This document shows, one piece after another, positions 39,513 to 49,483 of a DNA stretch of 64,000 bases. The first letter of the stretch is position 1. Each line of letters starts with the position of its first letter. Position numbers and translations under genes: made by a program. The notes below the pieces were generated by a model. The model ran no database searches, was not told the origin of the DNA, and saw only the letters and a list, made by a program, of their open reading frames with translations. The DNA is from Clostridia bacterium (GTDB taxonomy: Bacteria > Bacillota > Clostridia > DUPQ01): contig JAUUZV010000001.1 in assembly GCA_030592085.1 (NCBI GenBank), forward strand, positions 807 through 64,806. The letters run 5' to 3'.

Positions 39513-40758
39513 AAATGTAATAAATGACATTCTGCAATTAGAAGCTCAAAAACCAGATGATTATTGGAGAGAGAAAGCCGAAGCCCCCTTATTTACTAAA
39601 AAACCTTTTTATGAATATCAAGGAGAAATACCAGAAGAAGATATAATCACGATGAGTGTAGATACTAGAGATGCACAAAGTAGAACACCTTTAAATGCGT
39701 TAGTATGTGCATCTACGGGAGTGGGTAAAGGACGTCTAATAAAAAATATAGTAAAAGCTTATCATAAACAAGGATATAAAATTTTATATTTTGAACCTAA
39801 AAGCATTGAGATGATGAATGCACGAAAAATGGGTAAAGGTAATAAAGTTCATCCATTAGATAAAAATGAAAAACTGCCAGTCGTAAGTTATGTTCCTAAT
39901 TATATTAAAAGTTATTTAGATCTAAATTATCCTGAGATGAGTAGAAAAGTAACTTTTTATTCTCCAGAACTTAGTAAGTTAAATTATCGAGAAATTTGGC
40001 AAAGTTTTGGAGTTCCTGATAAAGCTGCAGATTTAATTGTTGAAATGGTTCAAAAAGGAACAACTAATATAGACGCTTTTATAGCTAAAATAGCTAGAAC
40101 AAGTTTACATTCAATGACTAAACAAGCAGCTTTAGCATCATTAAATAATTTAAAAGGAACGGGATTATTTTCAGCAAAGAGAAAACTTGATTTAGAAGTT
40201 GAATGGGAAAAAAGTAATATTGTAGTTATTAATTATTTTAGTCGAGATGGAGCTTTTATGAATACAGAAATTGGGCTTGTGTTAGATTTAATCAGAGATA
40301 TTGGTATTATGGAAAGTAAAAAAGGATTAAAAAATATTACAAAAAAATTAATAATTTTTGATGATGCTTTTTATTATGCAGGTTTAAGTGCAACATTAGC
40401 CACTAGATCTTCTGGAGGTATTAATTTAGCAATTCGAAATATTTCAAACTGTCAAAATAATTTTAGAACGTGGGGTATTGATACAATGTTTGTTGTTCAA
40501 TCACCAGATACTAATGCTATTTTTCCTGCATTAATAGATGGATGTACTACAAAATTTATAAGTTATGTAGAAAATCCTAGTTCTTTGCAAGGAAAAGTAC
40601 CTTATGCTGCTTATTCGTTAGTTTCAAATGTTAATCCGGCTAAAGGTCCTGTTTTACATGTGAATGAACAAAATTATTTATTTCAATGGATATATGTTCA
40701 AGGTAAGACAAGATGGAAAACTGGTTTTCCATTTGATTGTACTGTTGGACACTCATAA
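39505..40758 (+). CDS. FtsK/HerA-superfamily ATPase
   Basis: Walker A variant ASTGVGKG, Walker B LIIFDD, arginine finger/Q motif FRTWGIDTMFVVQ. Confidence 0.75.
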   Translation: MYENVINDILQLEAQKPDDYWREKAEAPLFTKKPFYEYQGEIPEEDIITMSVDTRDAQSRTPLNALVCASTGVGKGRLIKNIVKAYHKQGYKILYFEPKSIEMMNARKMGKGNKVHPLDKNEKLPVVSYVPNYIKSYLDLNYPEMSRKVTFYSPELSKLNYREIWQSFGVPDKAADLIVEMVQKGTTNIDAFIAKIARTSLHSMTKQAALASLNNLKGTGLFSAKRKLDLEVEWEKSNIVVINYFSRDGAFMNTEIGLVLDLIRDIGIMESKKGLKNITKKLIIFDDAFYYAGLSATLATRSSGGINLAIRNISNCQNNFRTWGIDTMFVVQSPDTNAIFPALIDGCTTKFISYVENPSSLQGKVPYAAYSLVSNVNPAKGPVLHVNEQNYLFQWIYVQGKTRWKTGFPFDCTVGHS

Positions 40759-40965
40759 TAAAATGGAAAAAAACAAATTAATAATAATATATGAAAAGCA
40801 TCATTCACAAGGCACGATGGAAAATTATAAACCTTTTAGTACTTCATGGAAAAAGGTAGCATCTTTTAGTTGTTTAACTAAAGCAAAAACATTTATTATA
40901 AAAATGAATAAGAAAAGAAATTCAAATTATTGGACTTATAAAATGGAAGAAAAGGAGTGATTATA

Positions 40966-41484
40966 ATGGGGATGAAAAATATGTCATATGATAAACATGT
41001 TAAAGATATAAAGTCGTTAGATGTAATATTAATAACAATTATTTCATTAGTTATATTATTAGGAATATTTGCTATTATGGTTTCAAAAACAAAAAATGAA
41101 GTTACATATCAAGAAGAAGTGTGTAATAATTTAGAAAAAGAAGTTAATGGAGAAATTGAAATATTTCCAGAGATTCAAATTACAATGCAACAAATAGCAA
41201 AAATATATGCATTTACTGTAGTAGTTGAGGGTAGATCATCTACACCTTGGAAATGGGACGAAGATGGTGTTATGTGTAGTATGGATATTCAATTATGTGA
41301 AATAAGTAATTTGTTTTGTATGAATGCTACGATGCAAGTGCCTGTTGAATATAATGAATGGGAATTTTTTCAAATGAAAAAGCCACCTGCAGAATCACAA
41401 TATGTACCTATAGATCAATTAAAAACTAATAATACTATATGTGAGGAATCAAACGAAACTATTTGTAATCTTGATTTAAAATGA
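40966..41484 (+). CDS. Single-TM protein with Cys-containing ectodomain
   Basis: One TM helix. Confidence 0.65.
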   Translation: MGMKNMSYDKHVKDIKSLDVILITIISLVILLGIFAIMVSKTKNEVTYQEEVCNNLEKEVNGEIEIFPEIQITMQQIAKIYAFTVVVEGRSSTPWKWDEDGVMCSMDIQLCEISNLFCMNATMQVPVEYNEWEFFQMKKPPAESQYVPIDQLKTNNTICEESNETICNLDLK

Positions 41485-41619
41485 TAGCAATAAAATGTAA
41501 TTGGTGTGGACAAGATAATGAAATACTATTAATAGAATGTAAATATTGTGGAAATGATTTAATTAGTAATATACGATATGTATCTAAAGAAAAACAATAT
41601 TATTATAAGAGGGGAAAAA

Positions 41620-41962
41620 ATGGTATTTAATTTATATTGGAGAGGTCATGCAACTGAAAAATTAACTAAACTTAAAAATGCTTCAAAGGAAGATTTATTA
41701 GAAGCAATTTCATTAGCAATTGATGATAGTAAAGAAGTACTTAGAGTTAAGATTGAGAGGTGTGAAAATGGTAAAAAAGAAACAAACGAAAGTGCAAAAA
41801 TTAAAGAGTAGTTTGGTTGATATAAAAGATCGGTTGGTTAAAATGAATATTAAGTCTAATGAATATATAAATAGTCACCCGATATCAATGAGAACAGTAA
41901 GTCATCTTGGAGCTGCAATGGTAGGTGGTATTATTGGTTTTTTAATAGGCAAAAGAAAATGA
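41620..41962 (+). CDS. Two small proteins (41620-41811; 41768-41962 with C-terminal TM)
   Basis: RBS-preceded ATG starts. Confidence 0.5.
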
Positions 41963-42107
41963 CTGAAAGATTTAATAGTAAATTGGTTTGTTGCTTATGT
42001 AGAAAACATCGACGATTATATACTATCGGAAAACATGGTAATCAATCAGATTTATGTCTTAAATGTTTGACTAATTTGTCTAATTATAAATATAAAAAAC
42101 TTATAAA

Positions 42108-42398
42108 ATGAATAATAAAAAAAAGAGGTCATTGGGTGGATTTATCGCTGAGATAGGTATATTTGACAGTTTCATAGATGCAATAACAAGTTTTGCAAAT
42201 TTTGGAATAGATGATGAATATAAGAAAGCAAGAAGTAAAGAATTATCAATATTAGGTAAGAAAGAACCAAATATTGTTGATCAATTACCTATATTTTATC
42301 ATAAAAAATCAAAAGTTATAAATACTTATAGGAAAGAACCTAAGATGGGAGAACAAAGATATTATAATAAGAATGTGAAGGATAATGAGAATGTTTGA
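42108..42398 (+). CDS. Hypothetical protein
   Basis: ORF track. Confidence 0.55.
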   Translation: MNNKKKRSLGGFIAEIGIFDSFIDAITSFANFGIDDEYKKARSKELSILGKKEPNIVDQLPIFYHKKSKVINTYRKEPKMGEQRYYNKNVKDNENV

Positions 42399-42567
42399 AC
42401 ATTTTTTAGGAAAACAAGTAAAATGTCCATATATTGATGGTAAACAATATAGAATTGCTAGAGGTAAATTATCTGAAATAAATAAAGAGTTTGTCAAAAT
42501 AGAAGGCAAGATTGGAGTAATTATAATAAATAAAAGTAGTATTCAAAGAATGAGTTTATTGAAATAA
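42391..42567 (+). CDS. Second Sm/LSm-like small protein
   Basis: FLGKQVK...ARGKL..I..EFVKI.G..G.III.K.SI. Confidence 0.55.
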   Translation: MFEHFLGKQVKCPYIDGKQYRIARGKLSEINKEFVKIEGKIGVIIINKSSIQRMSLLK

Positions 42568-42600
42568 TAGTCCTATATTATAGGAAGGAGGAAATCGAAA

Positions 42601-42972
42601 ATGGTATTTGGAAAGAAAAAGGAAGATAAAGACAATGATATAGAAGTAGAATTGCCGCCACCACCGCCACCGCCAGAAGATTTAAGTATAGTAATTACTG
42701 ATGATTTGGTTAAGACTGGTGAGATTGATATAGGTGATGATGAATATAATACAATATTAACACGACTTAGTGAAAGAAATCAAGAAGATCAAGGTGATAC
42801 TGTACCTGTAGATATTCTTGGAGAGAAAGGATTAATGTATAATTTAATTGATAAAGTATTTAAATTAAGAAACGCTTTAGAAGATAATATAAATGATGAA
42901 GAAGTTTTAGATATATGGATAGAAATAGCTGACAAATCTATTTTAGGAATAATTCAAAACGAGAAGAGGTAA
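42601..42972 (+). CDS. Acidic protein with MVFGKKK N-terminus and poly-Pro
   Basis: Strong GGAGG RBS; LPPPPPPPE. Confidence 0.7.
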   Translation: MVFGKKKEDKDNDIEVELPPPPPPPEDLSIVITDDLVKTGEIDIGDDEYNTILTRLSERNQEDQGDTVPVDILGEKGLMYNLIDKVFKLRNALEDNINDEEVLDIWIEIADKSILGIIQNEKR

Positions 42973-42980
42973 AAAATAAA

Positions 42981-43337
42981 ATGGTTTTTGGAAAGAAGAA
43001 AAAAGATGAACAAAAAATTGATTTTAGTGATCCAAATATAGCTGTACAAGTTCCAGCTCCAGTTATAACATATCCAGAGGGTGTTGATGAAAATGGTGAA
43101 CCAATTAATGTATCAGGTCAAATTGATGAATCTCCAAGAGTATTTAATTCACCTTTTGGTGGTACTACAAAAACTGAACCAGAAGAAATTCAATTAATAA
43201 TGCGTATGGAATTACGTCTTCAGGATAAACATATGATGCAAGAAATGCTTGATGGACTACATTCTATAATTAAGGATTATGGAAAGGAGGTTATTATAAA
43301 TTTTAGTATTGAACCTGAAAAAGCAAAAAATGCCTAG
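42981..43337 (+). CDS. Acidic protein with MVFGKKK N-terminus
   Basis: GAGGT RBS; same first 7 residues as the upstream gene. Confidence 0.7.
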   Translation: MVFGKKKKDEQKIDFSDPNIAVQVPAPVITYPEGVDENGEPINVSGQIDESPRVFNSPFGGTTKTEPEEIQLIMRMELRLQDKHMMQEMLDGLHSIIKDYGKEVIINFSIEPEKAKNA

Positions 43338-43770
43338 TTATAAGGTACATGCTGTATTTGGTTTTTTGTTTGTGGTAGTTATTATTTTTTTATTATATTT
43401 TTATGATTTAATAAACCTTAATGCAAAAATACTATTTTATATACCTGCAATATTAGTCTTTGCTTTACTTCCAGATTTAGATAGTGGATCAAGTATTATT
43501 AGACGATCTATACTTACATTATTAATTTTAATATTTATAGGATCTTCTATAATGTTTTTTATGACACATGATATAATGTATATTGCACCAATAACTATAA
43601 TTATAATATTGAATATAATTATAAAGTTATCAAAGCATAGAGGTTTAATGCATAATATAATAACAGGAATTATATTAGCATCACCATTATTAGTTATTGA
43701 TTGGGGAGTTGCATTAGCAGCTTTTTTTGCTTATTTTTCTCATTTATTATTAGACGGAAAGTTAATTTAG
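43330..43770 (+). CDS. Membrane metal-dependent hydrolase (YdjM-like)
   Basis: H, LPDLD, HRGLMH, SHLLLD. Confidence 0.85.
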   Translation: MPSYKVHAVFGFLFVVVIIFLLYFYDLINLNAKILFYIPAILVFALLPDLDSGSSIIRRSILTLLILIFIGSSIMFFMTHDIMYIAPITIIIILNIIIKLSKHRGLMHNIITGIILASPLLVIDWGVALAAFFAYFSHLLLDGKLI

Positions 43771-43777
43771 AAAATTT

Positions 43778-44287
43778 CTATTTGTATAATATCCCTACAA
43801 CAATACCATGTATTTGACATCGTTTTATTATATCTCTATTATGACTATTATCTCCTTTAGTATATATAATATCACCTGGATAAATCGCTTCTATTCTATG
43901 AATAATTGAAACATTAATATCAATATTTGTATCAAAATATATTGTATTAACTTCACAATCAGTTTTATTTTTTAAAGTGTAATATACTAATTCTCCACTT
44001 TTAAGTTTATAATTATTATTTATATATTTTACGATTGCGTAATTGTCTTCATAGAATATAGGTTGCATAGAATTACCATATAATCTTATTAAGTCATAAC
44101 CATTAATATTAAAATCATCAATATTGAATTTAGAATGTGAAGGTAATAATATTTCATCTTGTCTACAGTAACAATCACAAGTTATATTTTGTTTATATTT
44201 AAAAACGGTATCACTATTCTCTTTACTAATAAGATAACCAGTAAATAATGATGCTATAATCATAATAATAATTATAAAATTTTTCAT
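43778..44287 (-). CDS. S26 signal peptidase (archaeal Ser-His type)
   Basis: GNSMQP, IIHRI, TKGDN..D; N-terminal TM. Confidence 0.85.
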   Translation of the reverse strand: MKNFIIIIMIIASLFTGYLISKENSDTVFKYKQNITCDCYCRQDEILLPSHSKFNIDDFNINGYDLIRLYGNSMQPIFYEDNYAIVKYINNNYKLKSGELVYYTLKNKTDCEVNTIYFDTNIDINVSIIHRIEAIYPGDIIYTKGDNSHNRDIIKRCQIHGIVVGILYK

Positions 44288-44853
44288 TTTATTATCACCG
44301 TTTTAGTTAATATAACATCATCACTACAATCCTTGTAATCAATTTTTAGATTATTTTTTCCTTTTGTTAGATTATAATAATCTATATTTACAGTAATATA
44401 ATTCCAAACAGTTTCATTACTGCACTGATATGTGAAATTATTTAGCGTTAATATATTACCATTGATATAAACTTCAAATAATCTAAATGGATCTAAACAA
44501 GCATCATAAAATTTATCGTAGTCACAATCATATGTTTTACAACAACCAATTCCATTTTTCACTTCCCAAGAAAAGTTTATAAATTTATCATCTTGTATGG
44601 CTTTAAATTTTATAATTTCTTTATTGTTAACATATATACTATTGCTATTTCCACCTCCACTACGTTTTTCGAGTGTAATAATAGTATTATCATCAATTAT
44701 TGTTAATGGTTGTGATTTATCACCAGAAAGTATTTTCTTAAAAAAACCTTTAGCAGCATCAACATAATTATTTATATCAATTGAATTTGCTAATACTACA
44801 GATATTAGAATAAGAATTGCGATTATTAAAATTAATGTTTCACTTATTTCCAA
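44284..44853 (-). CDS. Membrane-anchored exported protein
   Basis: N-terminal TM, Cys-containing domain. Confidence 0.65.
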   Translation of the reverse strand: MEISETLILIIAILILISVVLANSIDINNYVDAAKGFFKKILSGDKSQPLTIIDDNTIITLEKRSGGGNSNSIYVNNKEIIKFKAIQDDKFINFSWEVKNGIGCCKTYDCDYDKFYDACLDPFRLFEVYINGNILTLNNFTYQCSNETVWNYITVNIDYYNLTKGKNNLKIDYKDCSDDVILTKTVIIK

Positions 44854-45151
44854 TTTTATTTACACCATATCCAAATAAAAATACACCTAGCATTGATAAC
44901 ATAAACCCAGATTTAATTTGATTTCCACCAATTATCATTAAGGTTATAAAGTCTGTTTTTTCAAATGTATTAGTTATTTCTGTAAATTTTACATCATAAT
45001 ATGATTCAACTCTTAGCATATTTTGAGATAAATCTACATTATGAAAACCATTATAGAATATATTACTTCCAGTCATAAATATGATCATACCAATAATAAT
45101 GAATAACGCAGTTTTTGATAGTTTTTCAGTTTTATTAGTCGAATTCTTCAT
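44840..45151 (-). CDS. 2-TM protein
   Basis: Hydrophobic ends. Confidence 0.65.
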   Translation of the reverse strand: MKNSTNKTEKLSKTALFIIIGMIIFMTGSNIFYNGFHNVDLSQNMLRVESYYDVKFTEITNTFEKTDFITLMIIGGNQIKSGFMLSMLGVFLFGYGVNKIGNK

Positions 45152-45297
45152 CTATCATTACCTTCAAATCTTCTTTTGCATATCCTAATTTATGTGGAGC
45201 ATTATAATCAGTCATTTTATCTTTCCAATTAAAATACCATCTACCAATGATATCTGCTATTTTTATTTTATCTTTTGTGTTCATTTATATTCCTTAA

Positions 45298-45855
45298 TTA
45301 TTGAAATTTAAGTTGATGACCTAATTCAAATATCTTATCAACTATTTGTTCTCTTTTTGATTTTCTTAATTCATATATTTTATGTGCTAATGCAAATGCT
45401 ATACTTGATAATATTATTGGTAATAACATAAATAATCCTACAAGCCAAAAATAACTTTGCATTTTATCATCTGTTGTTAATTGTTTCATTGATTCTACAT
45501 ATTCTTCTGGCGCTTCATAATAGTTTTGGGTAGCTCTTATATTAGTAGTAGCACCTAAAATATGACCAGCACATAAATAAATTGTAAACATAAATACAAT
45601 AAATAACTTAGTTAATGATATTGATTTAAATAAAGTTCTTATTAAAAATACAGTAATCAAAGTGGTTAGTATTAATAATGTAACGATACCACCTTCTAAT
45701 AAGAATAATGGGTTAGATTCAGATATTTTAAATACTGGTGAACCAAATGCTGTCCATAGATCAGCTATTGTAGTTACAAATAATAATACTATTAAAGTCC
45801 ATAATATTTTTTTTTCTGTTATTTTGAATTTGTTTTTTACAGTTGTGATATTCAT
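45298..45855 (-). CDS. 4-TM membrane protein
   Basis: D..T...ESNP motif; GGAGG RBS. Confidence 0.7.
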   Translation of the reverse strand: MNITTVKNKFKITEKKILWTLIVLLFVTTIADLWTAFGSPVFKISESNPLFLLEGGIVTLLILTTLITVFLIRTLFKSISLTKLFIVFMFTIYLCAGHILGATTNIRATQNYYEAPEEYVESMKQLTTDDKMQSYFWLVGLFMLLPIILSSIAFALAHKIYELRKSKREQIVDKIFELGHQLKFQ

Positions 45856-45956
45856 TTATGCCTCCAATTATGCACAAGCAGAGATAATAGGTTCAAGTAC
45901 ATATTTTTGTGTGTAGTTATCCATTGTCTTTCATCTCTTGTGTCAATTATGATAGT

Positions 45957-46172
45957 TCAAATTCTCTCCATATTTATATCAATATCCTTTATATGGATTA
46001 GAAGATATTTTAAAGTAAAAGCCATTTTACACATAATCTCGACTTTCCTTACTGTATCGGATTTGATTATAAAATCCCCCGTCTTTTTATCTACATATTT
46101 CTCTAATTCTTGAATAATCTTTCTAGTTTCTGCCAGTTCTTTTGAACTTAATGTTACATATTTCCTTTCCAT
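45957..46172 (-). CDS. Hypothetical protein
   Basis: ORF track. Confidence 0.5.
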   Translation of the reverse strand: MERKYVTLSSKELAETRKIIQELEKYVDKKTGDFIIKSDTVRKVEIMCKMAFTLKYLLIHIKDIDINMERI

Positions 46173-46657
46173 TTATATCATTCCTTTGTATTCCTTATCT
46201 TATGTCATTTCAGCAACATTGGCAAGAATCTGGAAAGTAATCTCCACAATGGTTACATTTCCAACCATAAGGGAAACATTGATATTCTATATCCTTGCTA
46301 TTGCATTTCTTACATTTCTTCATTGTGTTTAAGCCGTAGGCTCTTTAATCTGAGTATAAGACCATTCTATTAATTCCATTATTGTAGTCTTGTTTGGAAA
46401 TTTTGTAGTATGTTTAATAAAATCTGCTACTAATTCATCCAATGCTTTATGTAATCTTATATGTGTCTTTTGATGTTCTTTATCCATTATTATCACACCT
46501 TTGCATTCCTTATCTTAGTTGTATTAATATACCTCATCACTAGTAAGCCGTATAATTGATCTAGTGTCTTTATCATTTAACTTTTCATCTTTATTCTCTA
46601 ACTTACTCAATCTCATTTCTAATTCCGTTATTTTTTCTTCTATTATCATTTTATAAT

Positions 46658-47368
46658 TTACCTCAGTTTTCTAAATTTGTTTTTAATAATAAACCCAATC
46701 ATTACAAGGCCTAATAAAAACGCCTTTATTTTGCTACCTGTTACAGAAGATTTACCAACTCTTTTCTTATAATTTAATGGGATCTCCATAAAATTAATAT
46801 TTTTTTTAATAATTAATAACATCATTTCCACTCCAAAATGAGAACCTCCTATTGTGAAATAAGGTTCAATTTTTTGTAATACTGATCTTTTTATTAAACG
46901 CATAGTACATCCAACGTCTGTTAAAATTGAAGTATTGTAAAGCAATTCCATTAGTTTTGCAATAAATACATTTCCCCATTTGATAAAGAAGCCTATATTT
47001 GCTCCTTCCCAAATAAGATTTCTGCTAGTCCTAGAACCGAAAACCACATCAAAGTCATCCGAATAGGCTAATAATTTAATTATATCTCTGCCTAAAAAAG
47101 TTCCATCTGGTTCTGCTAAGATTATATAATCACCACTTGCAAATTTTAATCCTTTTCTAATTGCATGACCATAACCTTGTTTATGTTCATATACTTCTTT
47201 TGCTTTAGTTTTTGATACTTCTTTAGATGTACCATAAGCAGCATTATTATTTACAACAATTATTTCATCAATATATCCAGAACTAAAGAAATCATTAATT
47301 GAAGTCTTTATAGATTTCTTCTCATTGTAAGTTGGAAAAATTACAGATATTTTTTTATTTTTCCACAT
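46658..47368 (-). CDS. GT2 glycosyltransferase (DPM1-like)
   Basis: SVIFPTYNE, EIIVVNN, GYGHA, EPDGT, GSR, DVGC. Confidence 0.9.
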   Translation of the reverse strand: MWKNKKISVIFPTYNEKKSIKTSINDFFSSGYIDEIIVVNNNAAYGTSKEVSKTKAKEVYEHKQGYGHAIRKGLKFASGDYIILAEPDGTFLGRDIIKLLAYSDDFDVVFGSRTSRNLIWEGANIGFFIKWGNVFIAKLMELLYNTSILTDVGCTMRLIKRSVLQKIEPYFTIGGSHFGVEMMLLIIKKNINFMEIPLNYKKRVGKSSVTGSKIKAFLLGLVMIGFIIKNKFRKLR

Positions 47369-47410
47369 CCTTTTGTACCTTCATTTTATTTCTCCTAAGT
47401 AAATTATTGA

Positions 47411-47608
47411 GGTCCATCTCTTGATTCCCAAGAGTTATTAAGTCCGTTGAGTTGGGTTTGGCATACGAAATAAAATGTTGCAACATCTTCAATCGTAAAG
47501 TCTGTATTACAGATTACAAGTCTGATACATTTTATATTGACATCAACTGTTCAGCACTGTTTCCAGTGGCTAGTTTCTGATACTCATTGGGTTGTATTCA
47601 AGTGGACC
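47411..47608 (-). ncRNA. Candidate structured RNA, unclassified
   Basis: Closing stem GGUCCA/UGGACC, several internal hairpins including a GAAA tetraloop, no long ORF. Confidence 0.5.
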
Positions 47609-47617
47609 ACAATAAAA

Positions 47618-47827
47618 TTATCCTTTGATTCTTTTATCCATTAGATAAGCTAGTGTTCCAGCTTTTTCAAGTTTTGATAGTTCAACTCCAGCAATAACTT
47701 CGTTTAAAACTACCATAACAACATCTGCTTTATCTTTTTTTGAATCAAGATTGTTTATGTTACCAACAACCTTTTTTGTTTGTTCTGTTATTTCTTCAAT
47801 TATTTTTTGTACTGTTTTTTCACTCAT
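47618..47827 (-). CDS. Hypothetical protein
   Basis: GGAGG RBS. Confidence 0.65.
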   Translation of the reverse strand: MSEKTVQKIIEEITEQTKKVVGNINNLDSKKDKADVVMVVLNEVIAGVELSKLEKAGTLAYLMDKRIKG

Positions 47828-47995
47828 TTTAATTCCTCCTTACCCAAACAATGCATGCAAGGGATGTTTTTATCATATTCTACATATTCTTCTGATTCTG
47901 TTACTTTTATTGAACAGCTTCTTAGTTTAGATTTTTTATGAATCCAACCAATAGGGGTTTCAATTATTTCCCAACCACAATGTCTACATAACATT

Positions 47996-48298
47996 TTACA
48001 TTAATTTAGGTGTATCAGGCATATCTCCACCAACTGGTTTTTTTACTTCTATATTATTTGGTGCAATTCCTTGACCTATTACTATTAATTGTTGACAATC
48101 AAATAATTCAGCAGTTACAATTTTCTTATCTTTATCTAATCTAGGTTTTAATTGATATTGAATACATCCGTTATAAAATAATATTTTAGATATTGCAATA
48201 CCTTCAAAACCTGAGATTCTATCTTTAACTAGATGACCTAATGGTATATTCATTAAATCAATGTGTTCAAAGCTTTCTTTTTCTAGTGTTTTTGCCAT
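47996..48298 (-). CDS. Small phage-type SH3-like protein
   Basis: LG..VKDRISGFEGI...NGCIQY...FD pattern, recalled from phage proteins. Confidence 0.55.
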   Translation of the reverse strand: MAKTLEKESFEHIDLMNIPLGHLVKDRISGFEGIAISKILFYNGCIQYQLKPRLDKDKKIVTAELFDCQQLIVIGQGIAPNNIEVKKPVGGDMPDTPKLM

Positions 48299-48310
48299 TT
48301 TTGCCTCGTA

Positions 48311-48532
48311 TTATTTTTTTATAATTTTTCTTATTCTTTTATTAATCCATTGATTACAACATAGACATTTTTTACCTTCTTGTATCATTTTAAATTTTTC
48401 AATAATCTTTAAACCAGCTTTATTTCTATCATATCTAACATTAGATAATTCAACAATATCTCCAGTTTTATAATCTCTTCTTATCCAAGGACTATAACAT
48501 TTATCAATATTAATTATTTTTACTTTATACAT
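48311..48532 (-). CDS. Hypothetical protein
   Basis: ORF track. Confidence 0.5.
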   Translation of the reverse strand: MYKVKIINIDKCYSPWIRRDYKTGDIVELSNVRYDRNKAGLKIIEKFKMIQEGKKCLCCNQWINKRIRKIIKK

Positions 48533-48533
48533 T

Positions 48534-48974
48534 TTATTTCTTTTTTATAAACATTATACAACCAACACTACCAATAAGTGCAATCATAGTTGTTATTGGA
48601 TTAAATTCTGGAATTTCTTGAGATGTTGGAGGTGAATATTGAGTTGATCTTGACACAGATCCTCTACCATTTTCAAATTTTCTATAAATAAAATTTGTAA
48701 ACGTATCGGTTTCTTCTGTCTCCCATAATGTTGTTATAAAACTACCTGATTGTGACGTTTTAATATATCCTACTAATTTTGTTTGTAATATATCATTCTT
48801 TTCAGCAGTAACAAACCAATTAAACTCACATTCTGGTTCAAACCCCCAACCATAAAAATATACGATAGTATCTGTTATTAAAGAGTTAGTTTCTCCAACA
48901 CCACAAAGCTCATCTGAACCAAAAACTATTGTTGCCATAAATAATACACCCAAAATTAATATTAATTTTTTCAT
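48534..48974 (-). CDS. PEF-CTERM surface protein
   Basis: Signal peptide; ends S/T/P linker-IPEF-TM-KKK. Confidence 0.75.
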   Translation of the reverse strand: MKKLILILGVLFMATIVFGSDELCGVGETNSLITDTIVYFYGWGFEPECEFNWFVTAEKNDILQTKLVGYIKTSQSGSFITTLWETEETDTFTNFIYRKFENGRGSVSRSTQYSPPTSQEIPEFNPITTMIALIGSVGCIMFIKKK

Positions 48975-49348
48975 TTTTTCACCTTTATTGATAATAGCTG
49001 TGATCGTATTTTTTTTTCAGCAAAACTTTCAAAGTTATTAGTAGCTCGCCATATAATATGCCATTTATTTTGATACCATATTCTAGCTTCTAAAGTAGTA
49101 TTCCAACCACCAAATAATGCTAAATATAATAGTTTTTGGTTTAAAAGTATTTTATACCAACATTTATCACCACGATATAAATCTTTTACTTTCATACCTA
49201 TCCAATGCCAACCTTCCATTCCATCATTCATATCTCGTATACAAGTAATTTCTATCCTACCATCTTCATATTTATCATCTTTAATTAATAGTGCAGTGGC
49301 TTCAATTATTGTATAATCCATTGGATTAGGTTCTTTTATTTGAATCAT
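48971..49348 (-). CDS. Hypothetical protein
   Basis: ORF track. Confidence 0.6.
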   Translation of the reverse strand: MIQIKEPNPMDYTIIEATALLIKDDKYEDGRIEITCIRDMNDGMEGWHWIGMKVKDLYRGDKCWYKILLNQKLLYLALFGGWNTTLEARIWYQNKWHIIWRATNNFESFAEKKIRSQLLSIKVKK

Positions 49349-49483
49349 TTTTTATATCCAATAATTAATAAAACTATAGCAATTAAAAAACATAAATAAA
49401 TCAACCATCTAGGCATGGGAAACACTGCTTCTTTATTAACATATTTTAGATATTTTATTAGTTTTTTATATTTTTTCATTTTT

